Positions 47,515 to 57,963 of a stretch of 64,000 bases of DNA are shown piece after piece. Source of the DNA: Verrucomicrobiota bacterium (lineage in GTDB: Bacteria; Verrucomicrobiota; Lentisphaeria; JABSQK01; JAJFLO01); assembly GCA_021772615.1 (NCBI GenBank), contig JAJFLQ010000116.1:97744-161743 (forward strand), read 5' to 3'. Each line of letters opens with the position of its first letter. The first letter of the stretch is position 1. The notes beneath the pieces were generated by a model that ran no database searches, was not told the DNA's origin, and was given only the letters and a program-made list of their open reading frames with translations. Made by a program: the position numbers and the translations under genes.

Positions 47515-47877
47515 ATGAATCGGCGGCCGAGGTTCGGTTGGAAATCGTCGCAATACATTTTGAAATCGGTTAAACTCTCAGTGATCGCTGGTGCTACAAA
47601 TCCCCGTGTCGATTCACCTGTGGAGCTTCCGATATCTCGCTCCTATCAACTCTTCGGCGGTGGTGCAGACATTCGAACAGGGCAAGCTAACGCCTGGATT
47701 TCTGATGGTTCTTTCAACACCGCCGATTGGAATATTGTCACAGCCAACCCGGCGGATTTTACCGGGCCAAACGGTATCACCGGCTTAGGTTTTTTGGAGA
47801 CGGTCAGCTTGGAGAATCAGGAACGCTATCGGAATCGGGGCGTTGCCATCTTGAAAACAGGAATATTACCGATTTGA
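47515..47877 (+). CDS. Hypothetical protein (120 aa), weakly supported
   Basis: The open frame has ordinary amino-acid composition. Its TGA stop overlaps the ATG of the next gene (TGATG), which suggests translational coupling. There is no ribosome-binding site and no recognisable domain. Confidence 0.3.
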   Translation: MNRRPRFGWKSSQYILKSVKLSVIAGATNPRVDSPVELPISRSYQLFGGGADIRTGQANAWISDGSFNTADWNIVTANPADFTGPNGITGLGFLETVSLENQERYRNRGVAILKTGILPI

Positions 47878-48338
47878 TGTCGACGTCGAAGACAATGGGG
47901 TTGGGGTGCGTTGCTCTACTGGCGTTGGGAATCGCCGGAGTGGCAATCTTGGCGATATGGCGTATGTGGCCCCGCTTTGATGAGAACAAGACTTACACGA
48001 CACTTGAACTAGTACGGATCAGTTGCAGAGGGGGCATAGACAAGGATCTTTCCATGGACGCATTGTCCGCCGGCGGTGAGAGCACAATAAAAGACCTTTG
48101 CGCTCTGCTCAACGCACCTGAAGGCGAACCGTACAAAGATGCGATCATGTTCCATCTAGGTTGGTTGCCCCTTGGTCAGGAATCTATTGAAGCCATGGAA
48201 GCAGCCGCAGAAAATGAGGTGGACCCGAAACGTAAAATACTGTACCAACGCTTGGTAGAACTGGGAAATGGACGACTTGAGAGTTCTCCAGAAGGTGCCG
48301 AGAATCAACTGCAAATTGATAGTGATCGCTCAGAATAA
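47877..48338 (+). CDS. Hypothetical single-pass membrane protein
   Basis: The start is taken at MSTSKTMGLGCVALLALGIAGVAILAIW (signal-anchor-like). The track ORF beginning at 47727 has an Arg-rich, implausible N-terminal extension. Confidence 0.45.
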   Translation: MSTSKTMGLGCVALLALGIAGVAILAIWRMWPRFDENKTYTTLELVRISCRGGIDKDLSMDALSAGGESTIKDLCALLNAPEGEPYKDAIMFHLGWLPLGQESIEAMEAAAENEVDPKRKILYQRLVELGNGRLESSPEGAENQLQIDSDRSE

Positions 48339-48577
48339 GCGCGATGGCACACCGCACGTCCTCCAGAACGCTGGATATCCGACGTACCCGAATAGATAAC
48401 TCCGCCAATGGCATCACGTAGGTCACGTTCAATTCCCGAACGGGTCATGTATCCTTACCGGCCTGACGCTGTATCCTTATTCAGGGTTGACATTCCCGTG
48501 CCGGTCTGCGATAATAGACACACCAATCGATACTAAACCGAATACGTGCAGAACCAACAGCGTCGCGATAAGGCGGT

Positions 48578-49198
48578 ATGAGAAATACGTTATTTGTAGT
48601 CATAGAAGGCATTGACGGCAGCGGCAAGAGTGAGACGGTCAAAGGGCTGCACAACTATCTCTTCTCTCGCCATAAGAGCTATCGTATCCTCACGACACGT
48701 GAACCTACGGGCGGACAATACGGTACCGAGATCCGGCGTCTGCTGGTCGAGGACAGCGATCCCCAGAGCAACCATTTGCACTTGCTTGACCTCTTTGTGA
48801 AGGACCGCCGCGAGCATGTGGACAAGACAATACACCCTTTCCTCGACCAGAGCAGCGAAGGCGAATTGAACGTGGTGCTGTGCGACCGGTACTATTACTC
48901 AACGGTAGCGTTTCAGGCGGCGCAGGGTCTCGACATTCATGATCTGATCGCCAAAAACGCCGTATTCTTGAAACCTGATATTGCGTTTTTTCTCGATATC
49001 GACCCGAAGATTGCGCTGGATCGCATTGCCGACCGCAGCAAAGAAAAATTCGAGCATCTGCATATCATGGAAAAAATTCGGGCGAACTACCAACAGTTGC
49101 CGGAATTGCTCGATGACAATATCGTGGTTATCGATGCAGCCCGGCAGCGAGAGGCGGTGCTGGATGACGTGATCGCCAATGTGAATGCATTGCTGTAA
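48578..49198 (+). CDS. tmk: Thymidylate kinase (dTMP kinase)
   Basis: The P-loop VIEGIDGSGKSE, the TREPTGG motif and the 206-aa length are canonical for Tmk. Confidence 0.9.
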   Translation: MRNTLFVVIEGIDGSGKSETVKGLHNYLFSRHKSYRILTTREPTGGQYGTEIRRLLVEDSDPQSNHLHLLDLFVKDRREHVDKTIHPFLDQSSEGELNVVLCDRYYYSTVAFQAAQGLDIHDLIAKNAVFLKPDIAFFLDIDPKIALDRIADRSKEKFEHLHIMEKIRANYQQLPELLDDNIVVIDAARQREAVLDDVIANVNALL

Positions 49199-49335
49199 TC
49201 CCGCACATGCGACAGGATTTCGGATTTGGTGCCCCTGTGTACAACCAGAAAAGTCCGGTTCGTAACGGCGCTTGATCGTTAAGTACCTGGTATTGAACGG
49301 CATCGTATACCGCTGACGCGGCCTCACTGGACAGC

Positions 49336-49950
49336 CTAAACCGGTTCGAGCAAGACCACATCGCAGTGCCCCCAGAGATAACGTTCTCGCATACGCACCC
49401 TGAGGCCCGCACCCGCTGCCAACGGCTGTAGCCGGAGGGTTATATCGGATAATACAAAACTGATGACTGCGTTGGCGGCAACACGACATGCAGTTGGTCG
49501 CGTTGCGTCCGGAATAAACTTATCCATTATCGACACCAATCCGTCGGGCCTGACGACCCGACACGATTCGGCAATTACGTCTTCCGGGTTCGGCACGACC
49601 GTGAGCACGAGATGAAGAATAACGCGGTCGAATACACTATCCGGATAACCGAGACTGCCGGCGTCCATCACCGTCGCAAATGTGGCGGCGCCAAGCCGCT
49701 CTGCGCGCTTTCCGGCACGACGCAACATCGTCCGCGAAACATCCACTACATGCACCGTGGCGGCAGGCGGCAGCCACTCCAGATCCAGGCCGGTACCAGC
49801 GCCGATCACCAGCACACGGTGATGTGAAGAAACGGCCGCTACCTCGGCGGCCCGGCGGCGCGCCGCAGTATAAGGAATCGCGAGGACATCGTACGGCGCT
49901 GCGTATAGTGCGTATCGCTTGCGTCGCCAGTGGTGGGTGAATTGAAACAT
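49336..49950 (-). CDS. Class I SAM-dependent methyltransferase
   Basis: VLVIGAGTGLDLEWL is the SAM-binding GxGxG motif I, followed by motif II/III-like DRVILHLVL. The ATG start is at 49950; the longer track ORF requires a TTG start at 50037. Confidence 0.7.
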   Translation of the reverse strand: MFQFTHHWRRKRYALYAAPYDVLAIPYTAARRRAAEVAAVSSHHRVLVIGAGTGLDLEWLPPAATVHVVDVSRTMLRRAGKRAERLGAATFATVMDAGSLGYPDSVFDRVILHLVLTVVPNPEDVIAESCRVVRPDGLVSIMDKFIPDATRPTACRVAANAVISFVLSDITLRLQPLAAGAGLRVRMRERYLWGHCDVVLLEPV

Positions 49951-50107
49951 TTTACAGTAATTCGCGGTATTATTCGTCTGACGAAACGCTATCTTAGCCG
50001 CAGTCGCAGAAACGAATGCTCTCTGCTGCTCACGCAATCGTCAATTATGCCAGGAGATCGCTCAGGCGCTGCCGAAAACAGACGGCGCCGTCCAGCGAAC
50101 ACAACAC

Positions 50108-51976
50108 ATGTCAATTCGCCCGCTAGGATCCGGAAACGACACGCCGACGAGTGAATCGCCTCAGGTCGACCCGACAACGAGTGCAAAGGCGCCGACAGCC
50201 GATACATTGCCCACGGCCAATGTCCCGCCACCTGCCATCGAGGGCACGGATTCCGTAACACCTGTCGTTAACGAAATATATAAAGCTGTAACCGAACATC
50301 AACAACGACAGCGTCGACGCAGCGAGTGCCGTGACGAGCGATCGCTTACCATTCATGTCGACGGCGTCGTCAGCAAACTTGCGCATCTCTACGAAAAGCT
50401 GCGAAACACGCTCGACTACCAGGATGATCACCTACGGTTCAAGAACGCGATCGAGCGGATCTTGGCGCGCTTGATTGCTGCCGCGAACACACAGCCGCAG
50501 GTCGCGAAGCAGCAAGCCGCGCAGACACTGCCCGACGCCCCGGACGTGGCTCGGACACTGGTCGTCGAACTAATACGGGCAGGTTACCTGGCAAATGGGC
50601 GTTTTCCCGAAGCGAAGTTGACGGAGATCGGCGCCATTATCGAACGGTACGTCACCCTCGAATCGGAGATCGCAAAGGAACCCGCCAACGCCGCGTGCGA
50701 CCTCAATTCACTACGAAAGTGGATCATTAACCTGGCTGCAACCAACCTTTCAGAAAATATCGAAAACGATGACCGCGACGTGTTGGCAGCGCGGCCGATC
50801 TTCGGCACAAAAACCTGGTCGGCCGACACGGGCAGCGTCATCACGGCACATCTACACCGATTGCTCGACAGCAATGTCTATGATCCCGCTGATGATGATG
50901 CATTCACCCGGGAAAAGGAGATCCAGATCTATGTAAGTATCTACCGCAAGCTCTTCAATTACAGCCAGGCAATGCTCGAATTTGTGCTGCTGCGACGACT
51001 TACCTCGTCAGGGTCCGAATTGAGCGATGACGCATGGCACGACATTGCCAAGAACTATTCCAGTTTGAGATCGGAAATAGACCGGCATGTACATCATCCG
51101 TTCGGCCGCCAGTTGCAACCGGTGGCGACACGCTACGCGACATGTTTTTCGATCCTGAAGGACTCATTCGAGGATGATCCGCCGCTAAACGTAAAACGAA
51201 TCAACCGGGAGCCTCCGAAATTCGAGAAATGGATCCACGAAATCTGTGAAAGGCGCTACGCCGACTGCCAGAAGCAATTGTTTGTGAACGCACTAAAATG
51301 CATGACGTACGTGTTCCTCACCAAGATGGTTCTTGTACTGCTCCTTGAGGCGCCATTGACGAATCTGCTGACACCGGACATGCCGGCAAACGTGAAGCTG
51401 TTTTCACTGGGTGTGAACATTATTTTTCCGCCCTTGCTTCTGCTCCTCATGGCGGTGTTCACCGCGGTGCCGGGAACGGCCAACTCGCGGCACATCTTTA
51501 ACGGTATCGCGGAGATCGTTTATGGTCGAAAATCCGATGATCAACTCGTAAAATTGAGCTATCCGAAAGAAGACAAGAACATCGACGTCCTGTTTTTCGG
51601 CGTTTTTGCAATACTATCCATTACATCGTTATCAATAGTGGGGTTGTGTCTCTACCACATTGGCTGCACATGGGTAAGTATCGCTATCTTTATTGTCTTC
51701 ATAACAATTATCAATTTTCTCGGCGTCAATCTGCAGAAAATCGCACGGGAATATCAGGTTGCAACGCCAAAAGCAACCGTCTTTTCCTTCATTGCGGATC
51801 AATTTTATATACCCGTGATCGCGGTGGGAAGACAGATTTCAAAGGTCTTTTCAGATAACAACGTCGTTGTGCTTCTTCTGGACAAGGTTGTCGAGGGCCC
51901 GTACAAGCGGCTTGTAAACCTCGCTGAGCGCTGGTCGGAATACCTGCGCACAAAGCGCGAAGAATCGCTGGACTAA
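50108..51976 (+). CDS. Hypothetical large membrane protein (soluble N-terminal region of about 400 aa, C-terminal multi-TM domain)
   Basis: A 622-aa ORF whose C-terminus carries 4-5 hydrophobic helices (YVFLTKMVLVLLLEAPL..., IIFPPLLLLLMAVFTAV, VLFFGVFAILSITSLSIVGLCLY, VSIAIFIVFITIINFLGV). No family is recognised. Confidence 0.6.
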   Translation: MSIRPLGSGNDTPTSESPQVDPTTSAKAPTADTLPTANVPPPAIEGTDSVTPVVNEIYKAVTEHQQRQRRRSECRDERSLTIHVDGVVSKLAHLYEKLRNTLDYQDDHLRFKNAIERILARLIAAANTQPQVAKQQAAQTLPDAPDVARTLVVELIRAGYLANGRFPEAKLTEIGAIIERYVTLESEIAKEPANAACDLNSLRKWIINLAATNLSENIENDDRDVLAARPIFGTKTWSADTGSVITAHLHRLLDSNVYDPADDDAFTREKEIQIYVSIYRKLFNYSQAMLEFVLLRRLTSSGSELSDDAWHDIAKNYSSLRSEIDRHVHHPFGRQLQPVATRYATCFSILKDSFEDDPPLNVKRINREPPKFEKWIHEICERRYADCQKQLFVNALKCMTYVFLTKMVLVLLLEAPLTNLLTPDMPANVKLFSLGVNIIFPPLLLLLMAVFTAVPGTANSRHIFNGIAEIVYGRKSDDQLVKLSYPKEDKNIDVLFFGVFAILSITSLSIVGLCLYHIGCTWVSIAIFIVFITIINFLGVNLQKIAREYQVATPKATVFSFIADQFYIPVIAVGRQISKVFSDNNVVVLLLDKVVEGPYKRLVNLAERWSEYLRTKREESLD

Positions 51977-51980
51977 CGGT

Positions 51981-52943
51981 ATGCGCAAAGCAATACGAAT
52001 AAAGAAGATCATGCTAATCCCGGTGCTTCTGGCGGTCGCGACAGTGACACTATCCTGTTATTATCAGATTCGCCGGACGAACACGGACCGGCTGCTGGAT
52101 GAACACACACTTGCCGGCTCCGCGGATGTCGTGCGCGGCCTGATAAGCGCCCGCGCCGAGGTGGACGCACGTGATAGCGACGGACGCACGCCGCTCATCG
52201 TTGCGGCCAGCGTAGGTGCCGCCGATGGTACGGCGCTGCTATTACGTTCCGGCGTCGATGTCAATGCGGTATCCGACGCTGGCGCGGCTCTGCATCAGGC
52301 GGCGATGAACAATCACGGGATCATTGCCAAAAATCTCATCGACGCCGGCGCCGACGTGAACCTCGACTCGGAGGTCGGCACACCATTGCAAACGGCCGTG
52401 ATGAACGACCATCTCGCCGTCGCGCGTCTTCTGATTGAGGCGGGTGCGGAAACGTTTACGGACAATCGCCACGGAACGCCGCTCCATCTCGCAGCGATCA
52501 ATGGCAATGCCACGATCGCAAGGCTTCTCATCGACAGCGGCGCCAACGTGGACGCTCGCATGGAAAATGCCTACACGCCACTGATGCAGGCAGCGCGTCA
52601 CGGAGCAGTTGATGTCGCGGACGTGTTGGTACGGAGCGGGGCAGACATCTTTCTGCGCGACGAATTTGGTTGGACTGCGCTGCACTGGACCGCATTCAGC
52701 GGCGCGGCAGACAGTGTTACGCTGCTGCTCGGTGAGGGCGCAATTGTCGATGTGACAAACAATGTCGGGAGCACGCCGCTGCACTATGCATCGGAACGCA
52801 ATCAGGAGGGCGCAGCGCGCGTGTTGTTGACCGAAGGAGCCGACCCCATGATACGGAATCGTGCCGGGAAATCCCCTGCAAACCTCGCTGCTTCGTCCGC
52901 CATGCGGGCGCTGATGTCTGATGCAGGCAACACCGCAAAATGA
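51981..52943 (+). CDS. Ankyrin-repeat protein with N-terminal signal/TM segment
   Basis: At least 7 tandem 33-aa ANK repeats (GxTPLhhAAxxGHxxhhxhLLxxGAD pattern; for example DGRTPLIVAASVGAADGTALLLRSGVDVN, HGTPLHLAAINGNATIARLLIDSGANVD). The N-terminus MLIPVLLAVATVTLSC is hydrophobic. Confidence 0.8.
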   Translation: MRKAIRIKKIMLIPVLLAVATVTLSCYYQIRRTNTDRLLDEHTLAGSADVVRGLISARAEVDARDSDGRTPLIVAASVGAADGTALLLRSGVDVNAVSDAGAALHQAAMNNHGIIAKNLIDAGADVNLDSEVGTPLQTAVMNDHLAVARLLIEAGAETFTDNRHGTPLHLAAINGNATIARLLIDSGANVDARMENAYTPLMQAARHGAVDVADVLVRSGADIFLRDEFGWTALHWTAFSGAADSVTLLLGEGAIVDVTNNVGSTPLHYASERNQEGAARVLLTEGADPMIRNRAGKSPANLAASSAMRALMSDAGNTAK

Positions 52944-53058
52944 GTCATTAGCGTGTATTCGCGTCCATTGGCGGTTCCCTGTTCATTCGTGACACTTACA
53001 CCTCGCCGAACGAATGCGGTGTACTGCGATAGCGACTGGTTGCCCCGTCGACGTGCTT

Positions 53059-55200
53059 CTATAACGGCGCCGGCCCGGATACAAAAGCCGCCGCGTCACT
53101 GTGGGAAACGCGATATATCAGGATAGAGTATCCCACGTGGTCGTCGGGCTCGCGTCGTCGGAGATGCGCACAAACGCGGGCAAGCCGAAATCGTTCGAAA
53201 AGATCAAGTGTCTGATTCCAAAAAGCGGGCCCCCGTTGCCGCAGTAGCCGATTTCGCTCCGCCGGATCGTCAGCTGTTGCTTCGAATTCCGAGGAGACGA
53301 CCAGAAGCTCCTGATATTGCGCCTCGTAGGCATCGGTCCACGGACCGAATGCCGACGTGTACATGGACTGCAGGATCGTCGCACTGATGCAATACACCCC
53401 GCCCGCCAATTGTCCGAATGACCGCTCGCGGCCGAAGTCGAAATAACCGGGCAGATTTGTGGCTTCGATGCGATAATATTCCGGGCTGCCCGTACCGAAA
53501 TACGCCAGATAAACGTTCTGATCGCTGTTGTCATCGTCCATGTCATGGTGACGCCGCAGCCAGTCTTTCAGTTGCGCAAGATCCTGGCCCCAATCCAATG
53601 AGCTGTCCACAAGCCGCTTGTACCCGTTCGCCGGACCGCCTGCCAGGACATTGAAGTACGCCAAATAGTTCGGCCAGACCATGAGATTCCCCGCAAGCAG
53701 CCCGGCTGCGCACAATGCAACCAGCGGTTTTCCTGTTCGCGGAAAGCCATCGCAGAACCAGGCGGCCGCGCCGACGAGTATAAACAACGGCGGATAGAGC
53801 GGAAGAATGTGACGATGGCCGATGTTAAGATTCGATGCCAGGGAAACGGCGCCGTACATCACGACGAACAGCCACAGCGGCGCGGTCCGAAGCCAAAACG
53901 GCTCCTGAACATCCGCTTCGCCGGAACCGGACTGGTCCCGTGAACGCAGTCGACTACACAACCCGACAAGACTCAGAAAAAGAAGGGCCAGTATCGGCGT
54001 CGGCGTCTTCACCAGAAAGCAGTACGGGAAAAAGTACCAGAAGCCGTCGTGACTATGGCGGCCGTTGACGAATGCCGGCCGCCCCTGCGTTTCCGTAGCC
54101 ACATGAGCGAAACCGAACAGGAACGCTTCCGGCAGCAGCTTTGCGTTCTTGACCACGGTTAGAATGCGGGGTACAACGCCCTCCCCTCTTTCGGTCACGT
54201 CTTCCCAGGTGCTTTGATAACTGCCGATCGGTATCGCTTGCCGATTCAATCCATTGTAGCGAAATCCGTAGGCTGCCCAGATAACGACGAACACCACGGC
54301 TGCGTGGACACACACAAATGCCAGCCACAGCGCCAAATTTCCGCGACGTTTCTGCAAAGTCGCCAGGACGCCTATTGAGACTTCTGGCGCAGGGCGCCGC
54401 CAGCCGATAAGTGCAAGCAGCAGAAATGCGATCGGTACTATCAACACGCCGGACATCTTTGCAAGAATGACAGCGGCCATTGCCAATGTCGAGGCTGCGA
54501 GCGAGCCGATACTTATTCGGTGCAGTGCGGTCCACAGGCAATAGAGCGCGATTAGGAATGTCAGCGACAGGCACACATCCGATGTCGTTAACCGGTCATG
54601 GGCAAGCAGTGTGGGACTGAACGCAGCGACGATGAGCGAGATCATGCCGCCTCTACGGCCGAAAAGGTCCCGCGACCATGCAAAGACCAGAACAAGTATA
54701 CCAACACCGAGGAGAACAATGACAACGCGCCCGAGCATCAACATGCGTTCAGGATCGTTGCCCAACTGGTAAAAAAACGGGTATCCGATCATCCAAACGT
54801 CGGCACGCTCCCAAACGCGATTTCCGGCCTCCGGAAAACTAAAATTGCCGGTCAACGCGGGCAGAAACGCGGCCAGTCGCTGCGACAGATTTCCATTCTC
54901 CGGGTTCAGTCGATAGTCATTGTAGAGCCAATAGTGATGACCGCCTGTGAAATGCGCCATCTCGTCGAACGTTGGCGACTTGTGGACGGCGCTGGACACG
55001 GCCAGTGCTACATGTATGATCGCCAATATGCCGACGGCGCGCCAGCCACAGACACCCGTTGCGACAGATGGGCGTGTATGGGACGACGGCGACGGCGGCT
55101 TGCTTTCGCGACTCGCTTTTTGCGGTGGATCACTGGTTGCCGTACGGTTTTTTTTCCGTTTAGGTTTTGTCATCGCCAAACGTTGTGTTTTATTACGCAA
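53059..55200 (-). CDS. Polytopic membrane glycosyltransferase, GT39/GT83 (PMT/ArnT)-like (tentative)
   Basis: A 713-aa product with a Lys/Arg-rich N-terminus, then many TM helices and a DE-containing first loop (FDEMAHFTGGHHYW), plus a large C-terminal soluble domain. This architecture matches phospholipid-carrier-dependent glycosyltransferases. Confidence 0.5.
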   Translation of the reverse strand: MRNKTQRLAMTKPKRKKNRTATSDPPQKASRESKPPSPSSHTRPSVATGVCGWRAVGILAIIHVALAVSSAVHKSPTFDEMAHFTGGHHYWLYNDYRLNPENGNLSQRLAAFLPALTGNFSFPEAGNRVWERADVWMIGYPFFYQLGNDPERMLMLGRVVIVLLGVGILVLVFAWSRDLFGRRGGMISLIVAAFSPTLLAHDRLTTSDVCLSLTFLIALYCLWTALHRISIGSLAASTLAMAAVILAKMSGVLIVPIAFLLLALIGWRRPAPEVSIGVLATLQKRRGNLALWLAFVCVHAAVVFVVIWAAYGFRYNGLNRQAIPIGSYQSTWEDVTERGEGVVPRILTVVKNAKLLPEAFLFGFAHVATETQGRPAFVNGRHSHDGFWYFFPYCFLVKTPTPILALLFLSLVGLCSRLRSRDQSGSGEADVQEPFWLRTAPLWLFVVMYGAVSLASNLNIGHRHILPLYPPLFILVGAAAWFCDGFPRTGKPLVALCAAGLLAGNLMVWPNYLAYFNVLAGGPANGYKRLVDSSLDWGQDLAQLKDWLRRHHDMDDDNSDQNVYLAYFGTGSPEYYRIEATNLPGYFDFGRERSFGQLAGGVYCISATILQSMYTSAFGPWTDAYEAQYQELLVVSSEFEATADDPAERNRLLRQRGPAFWNQTLDLFERFRLARVCAHLRRREPDDHVGYSILIYRVSHSDAAAFVSGPAPL

Positions 55201-55249
55201 TCGGGCAGGTTGCCCGGTTTACAGATCAAAGTGAAGCTCAACACCGGCA

Positions 55250-55687
55250 TTGGCAGTCTGTCGGATTACCAACCCCAGGCGATATATGGCGCGCATTCTT
55301 ATAATTGATGATGACGACCTGATCCGCACCTCGGTAAGTCGATTGCTGCGAGTAAAAGGGCACGACGTCGATGTAGCAGAAAACGGCGAGGTCGGAGTTG
55401 AAAAATTCCGCAAAGATCCGGTTGAACTGGTTATCACCGACATATTTCTGCCTAAAAAAGACGGTCTCGAAATAATTACCGAACTTCGGGCCGATTTTCC
55501 GGAGGTGAAGATAATTGCGCTGTCCGGCGGCGGCCTCATTGATGAAGAATCCGTTCTTCGCTCGGCCCGCGGGCTCGGTGCCAATCACTGTCTTCCCAAA
55601 CCGGTTAAGTCCGCTGATCTATTTGCCGCCGTAAAGGATCTGGTCGGAGACGATACGCTGCCGACAAGCGGCCCCGATCCTGAATAG
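55250..55687 (+). CDS. Single-domain response regulator (CheY-like receiver)
   Basis: ILIIDDDDLIRTSV...LVITDIFLPKKDGLE...IIALSGGG gives the acidic pocket, the phospho-acceptor Asp, and conserved Ser/Thr and Lys. Length is 145 aa. Confidence 0.85.
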   Translation: MAVCRITNPRRYMARILIIDDDDLIRTSVSRLLRVKGHDVDVAENGEVGVEKFRKDPVELVITDIFLPKKDGLEIITELRADFPEVKIIALSGGGLIDEESVLRSARGLGANHCLPKPVKSADLFAAVKDLVGDDTLPTSGPDPE

Positions 55688-55872
55688 CCGGATCGCCTCA
55701 AAGCTGCATACCTAAGATTATGGTTGGACATCACGGCTTCGGTTGTGCCGCGACGGCGTCCGGAAAACACATTTCCGCAATGCGGGAGCGTGCACTCAAG
55801 CGAGATGCGATGATGATCGCGACGCCGGAGATACCTTAAAGTACGCAACATCGCAGATCATCTGACTCGCCT

Positions 55873-56265
55873 TCACCGCATCGCAACACAGGCAATTTCT
55901 ATTGAAACCTGCCTGGGCAACGCGCTCACCTCGACAACATGCCGTGCCGGCATCACCTCGGTATCGAGCCAATTCGCATAGAGTTCATTGACGACGGCGA
56001 AATCACCCATGTCCGTGAGGTAGACCTCCGTCTTGACGATGCGCGCTGATGTCAGTCCACACGCATGCAGAATTGCATCGATATTGTGCAAAACCTGTTC
56101 CGTCTGCGCACGAATTCCGCCGGACACGAGTTGACCCGAATTCGGGTCAAGCGGAATTTGCCCCGATAGATATACCAGATTTCCCGCGACGACGGCCTGC
56201 GAGTACGGACCGATCGCAGCAGGCGCATTTTCGGTAATAATTGCTGAAATTGTCGTGTCAGTCAT
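55873..56265 (-). CDS. ridA: RidA/YjgF family reactive-intermediate deaminase
   Basis: The start is taken at MTDTTISAIITENAPAAIGPYSQAV, with a GGGGAGA ribosome-binding site upstream. This gives the typical 130-aa length. The extended ORF to 56451 is discarded. Confidence 0.8.
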   Translation of the reverse strand: MTDTTISAIITENAPAAIGPYSQAVVAGNLVYLSGQIPLDPNSGQLVSGGIRAQTEQVLHNIDAILHACGLTSARIVKTEVYLTDMGDFAVVNELYANWLDTEVMPARHVVEVSALPRQVSIEIACVAMR

Positions 56266-56674
56266 GACTGTCGTCTCCCCATTGTAGTCTGGTGCCGGTA
56301 AATCGGCGATCCGCAATCCAACTGGTCCCTTCCGATTCGGCCTGTACGACAGTAATTCGAACTGGGATCGTGTCAAACCGAATTGGCAATTCCGGCGGAA
56401 TCCGCACGACGACGCAATGACGCCGAATGCCCAATGCGATCTGATGGACATTTGTCCAATAACCGGTACATTATGACCTTACCTGGACGGGCCTGTGAAC
56501 GTGCGCCGCACAAACCAGACGCACTGCCCCGGCCCCGGTGTGTCCCAATTCGCATGACGTTCGGTACGCGACTGCACCTGTGACGCATCGCTGCGTACCA
56601 TCGACGATCAGGTGCGGGCCCACAACCGTTACGAATCAGCCGCAGAGATCAAGAGAGAGAGTACATCGAAGCCA

Positions 56675-57466
56675 ATGAAGATTTTACTCGTAGGAGACAT
56701 CGTCGGCAAGGGCGGTCGCCGCGCGGCATGCAAACTTATCCCGCGATTGCGGACGGAACTGGGTTGCTGCTACTGCATCGCCAATGGGGAAAACGTCGCG
56801 GGCGGCGCCGGGCTAACAGCAAAGTGTGTCGAAGAACTCAAGAGTAACGGTGTCGACACGATCACCACCGGCGATCACATTTGGGACCAGAAAGATTTCG
56901 TAAACGACGTCAAACGCTACCCTTATGTACTCAGGCCGGCCAATTTCAGTCTCCAGCAACCCGGACGTGGCTACGGCATCTACAACATTCCGATCGGCGG
57001 TACGATCTGCGTAATCAACGTGATCGGCCGTGTCTTTATTGGTCGCAGCAGTGACAATCCGTTTGATGCCGTCGACCGCATACTTGATGAGATGAATCAT
57101 CGCACAAAGATCATCTTTGTCGATTTCCACGGGGAAGCGACCAGCGAAAAAATTGCCATGGGCCGCCATCTCGATGGCCGAGTGACTGCCGTTTTCGGCA
57201 CCCATACGCACGTTCCAACCGCCGACAGCCGCGTCTTCCCCGGAGGAACTGCTTTCCAGTGCGACCTGGGAATGGTCGGCAGTCGGCAGTCGATCATCGG
57301 CAGGGATATCAATTCCGTCGTCGCGTCGTTTAAAACCGGCATGCCTGCTCGTTTCAAAGTAATCGACAAAGACATTGAATTGAACGGCGCCGTGGTGGAG
57401 TTTGACCCGACCACGGGCCGAGCGAAACATATCGAGAGAGTTTACCAGACGTACGACGTCGCGTAG
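56675..57466 (+). CDS. YmdB-like (TIGR00282) metallophosphoesterase
   Basis: The start is taken at MKILLVGDIVGKGGRRA. GDIVG, GNEVAGG-like (ANGENVAGGAG) and GDH motifs are present, and the length of about 264 aa is typical of YmdB. Confidence 0.8.
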   Translation: MKILLVGDIVGKGGRRAACKLIPRLRTELGCCYCIANGENVAGGAGLTAKCVEELKSNGVDTITTGDHIWDQKDFVNDVKRYPYVLRPANFSLQQPGRGYGIYNIPIGGTICVINVIGRVFIGRSSDNPFDAVDRILDEMNHRTKIIFVDFHGEATSEKIAMGRHLDGRVTAVFGTHTHVPTADSRVFPGGTAFQCDLGMVGSRQSIIGRDINSVVASFKTGMPARFKVIDKDIELNGAVVEFDPTTGRAKHIERVYQTYDVA

Positions 57467-57504
57467 GATGTGCCGGCGTCTTGCGCGTTGAGGGGTAATA
57501 TGAC

Positions 57505-57963
57505 ATGAAATGCCCGAGGTGCGAATTCGATGAGGACCGCGTAGTTGACAGCCGGGTATCGCGGGAAGGTCAATCGGTCAGACGCCGCAGAGAATGCGTT
57601 CGCTGCGCCCATCGTTTCACCACGCTGGAAGAAATCGTTCCGACCGAGATCGTTGTTGTCAAGAGAGATGAGCGCCGTGAAGACTACGATCCAAAGAAAA
57701 TACGTGATGGCATTCACCGCGCCTGCTGGAAACGCCCGGTCAACGCGGAAAAACTCGAACAAATCTACCTTGAGGTCCATAGTCAGGTCGAGCATCTGAG
57801 CGACCGTGAAGTGCCTTCGGAAAAAATTGGCCGCTTCGTCATGGAGGAGCTTAAGAACGTTGACGATATTGCTTATGTCCGTTTCGCTTCAGTCTACCGG
57901 CAATTCAAGGATATCGATCAGTTCATGGACGAAATAAAGCAGCTCAAGGATGCTACGCCATGA
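57505..57963 (+). CDS. nrdR: Transcriptional repressor NrdR
   Basis: MKCPRCEFDEDRVVDSRVSREGQSVRRRRECVRCAHRFTT is the NrdR zinc-ribbon signature; an ATP-cone follows. Confidence 0.9.
   Translation: MKCPRCEFDEDRVVDSRVSREGQSVRRRRECVRCAHRFTTLEEIVPTEIVVVKRDERREDYDPKKIRDGIHRACWKRPVNAEKLEQIYLEVHSQVEHLSDREVPSEKIGRFVMEELKNVDDIAYVRFASVYRQFKDIDQFMDEIKQLKDATP

Noticed and set aside
55873-56451. Extended 192-aa RidA ORF
   Set aside because: The RidA family is about 125-130 aa. The internal ATG at 56265 has a GGGGAGA ribosome-binding site, and the upstream extension is Cys/Arg-rich with no homology.
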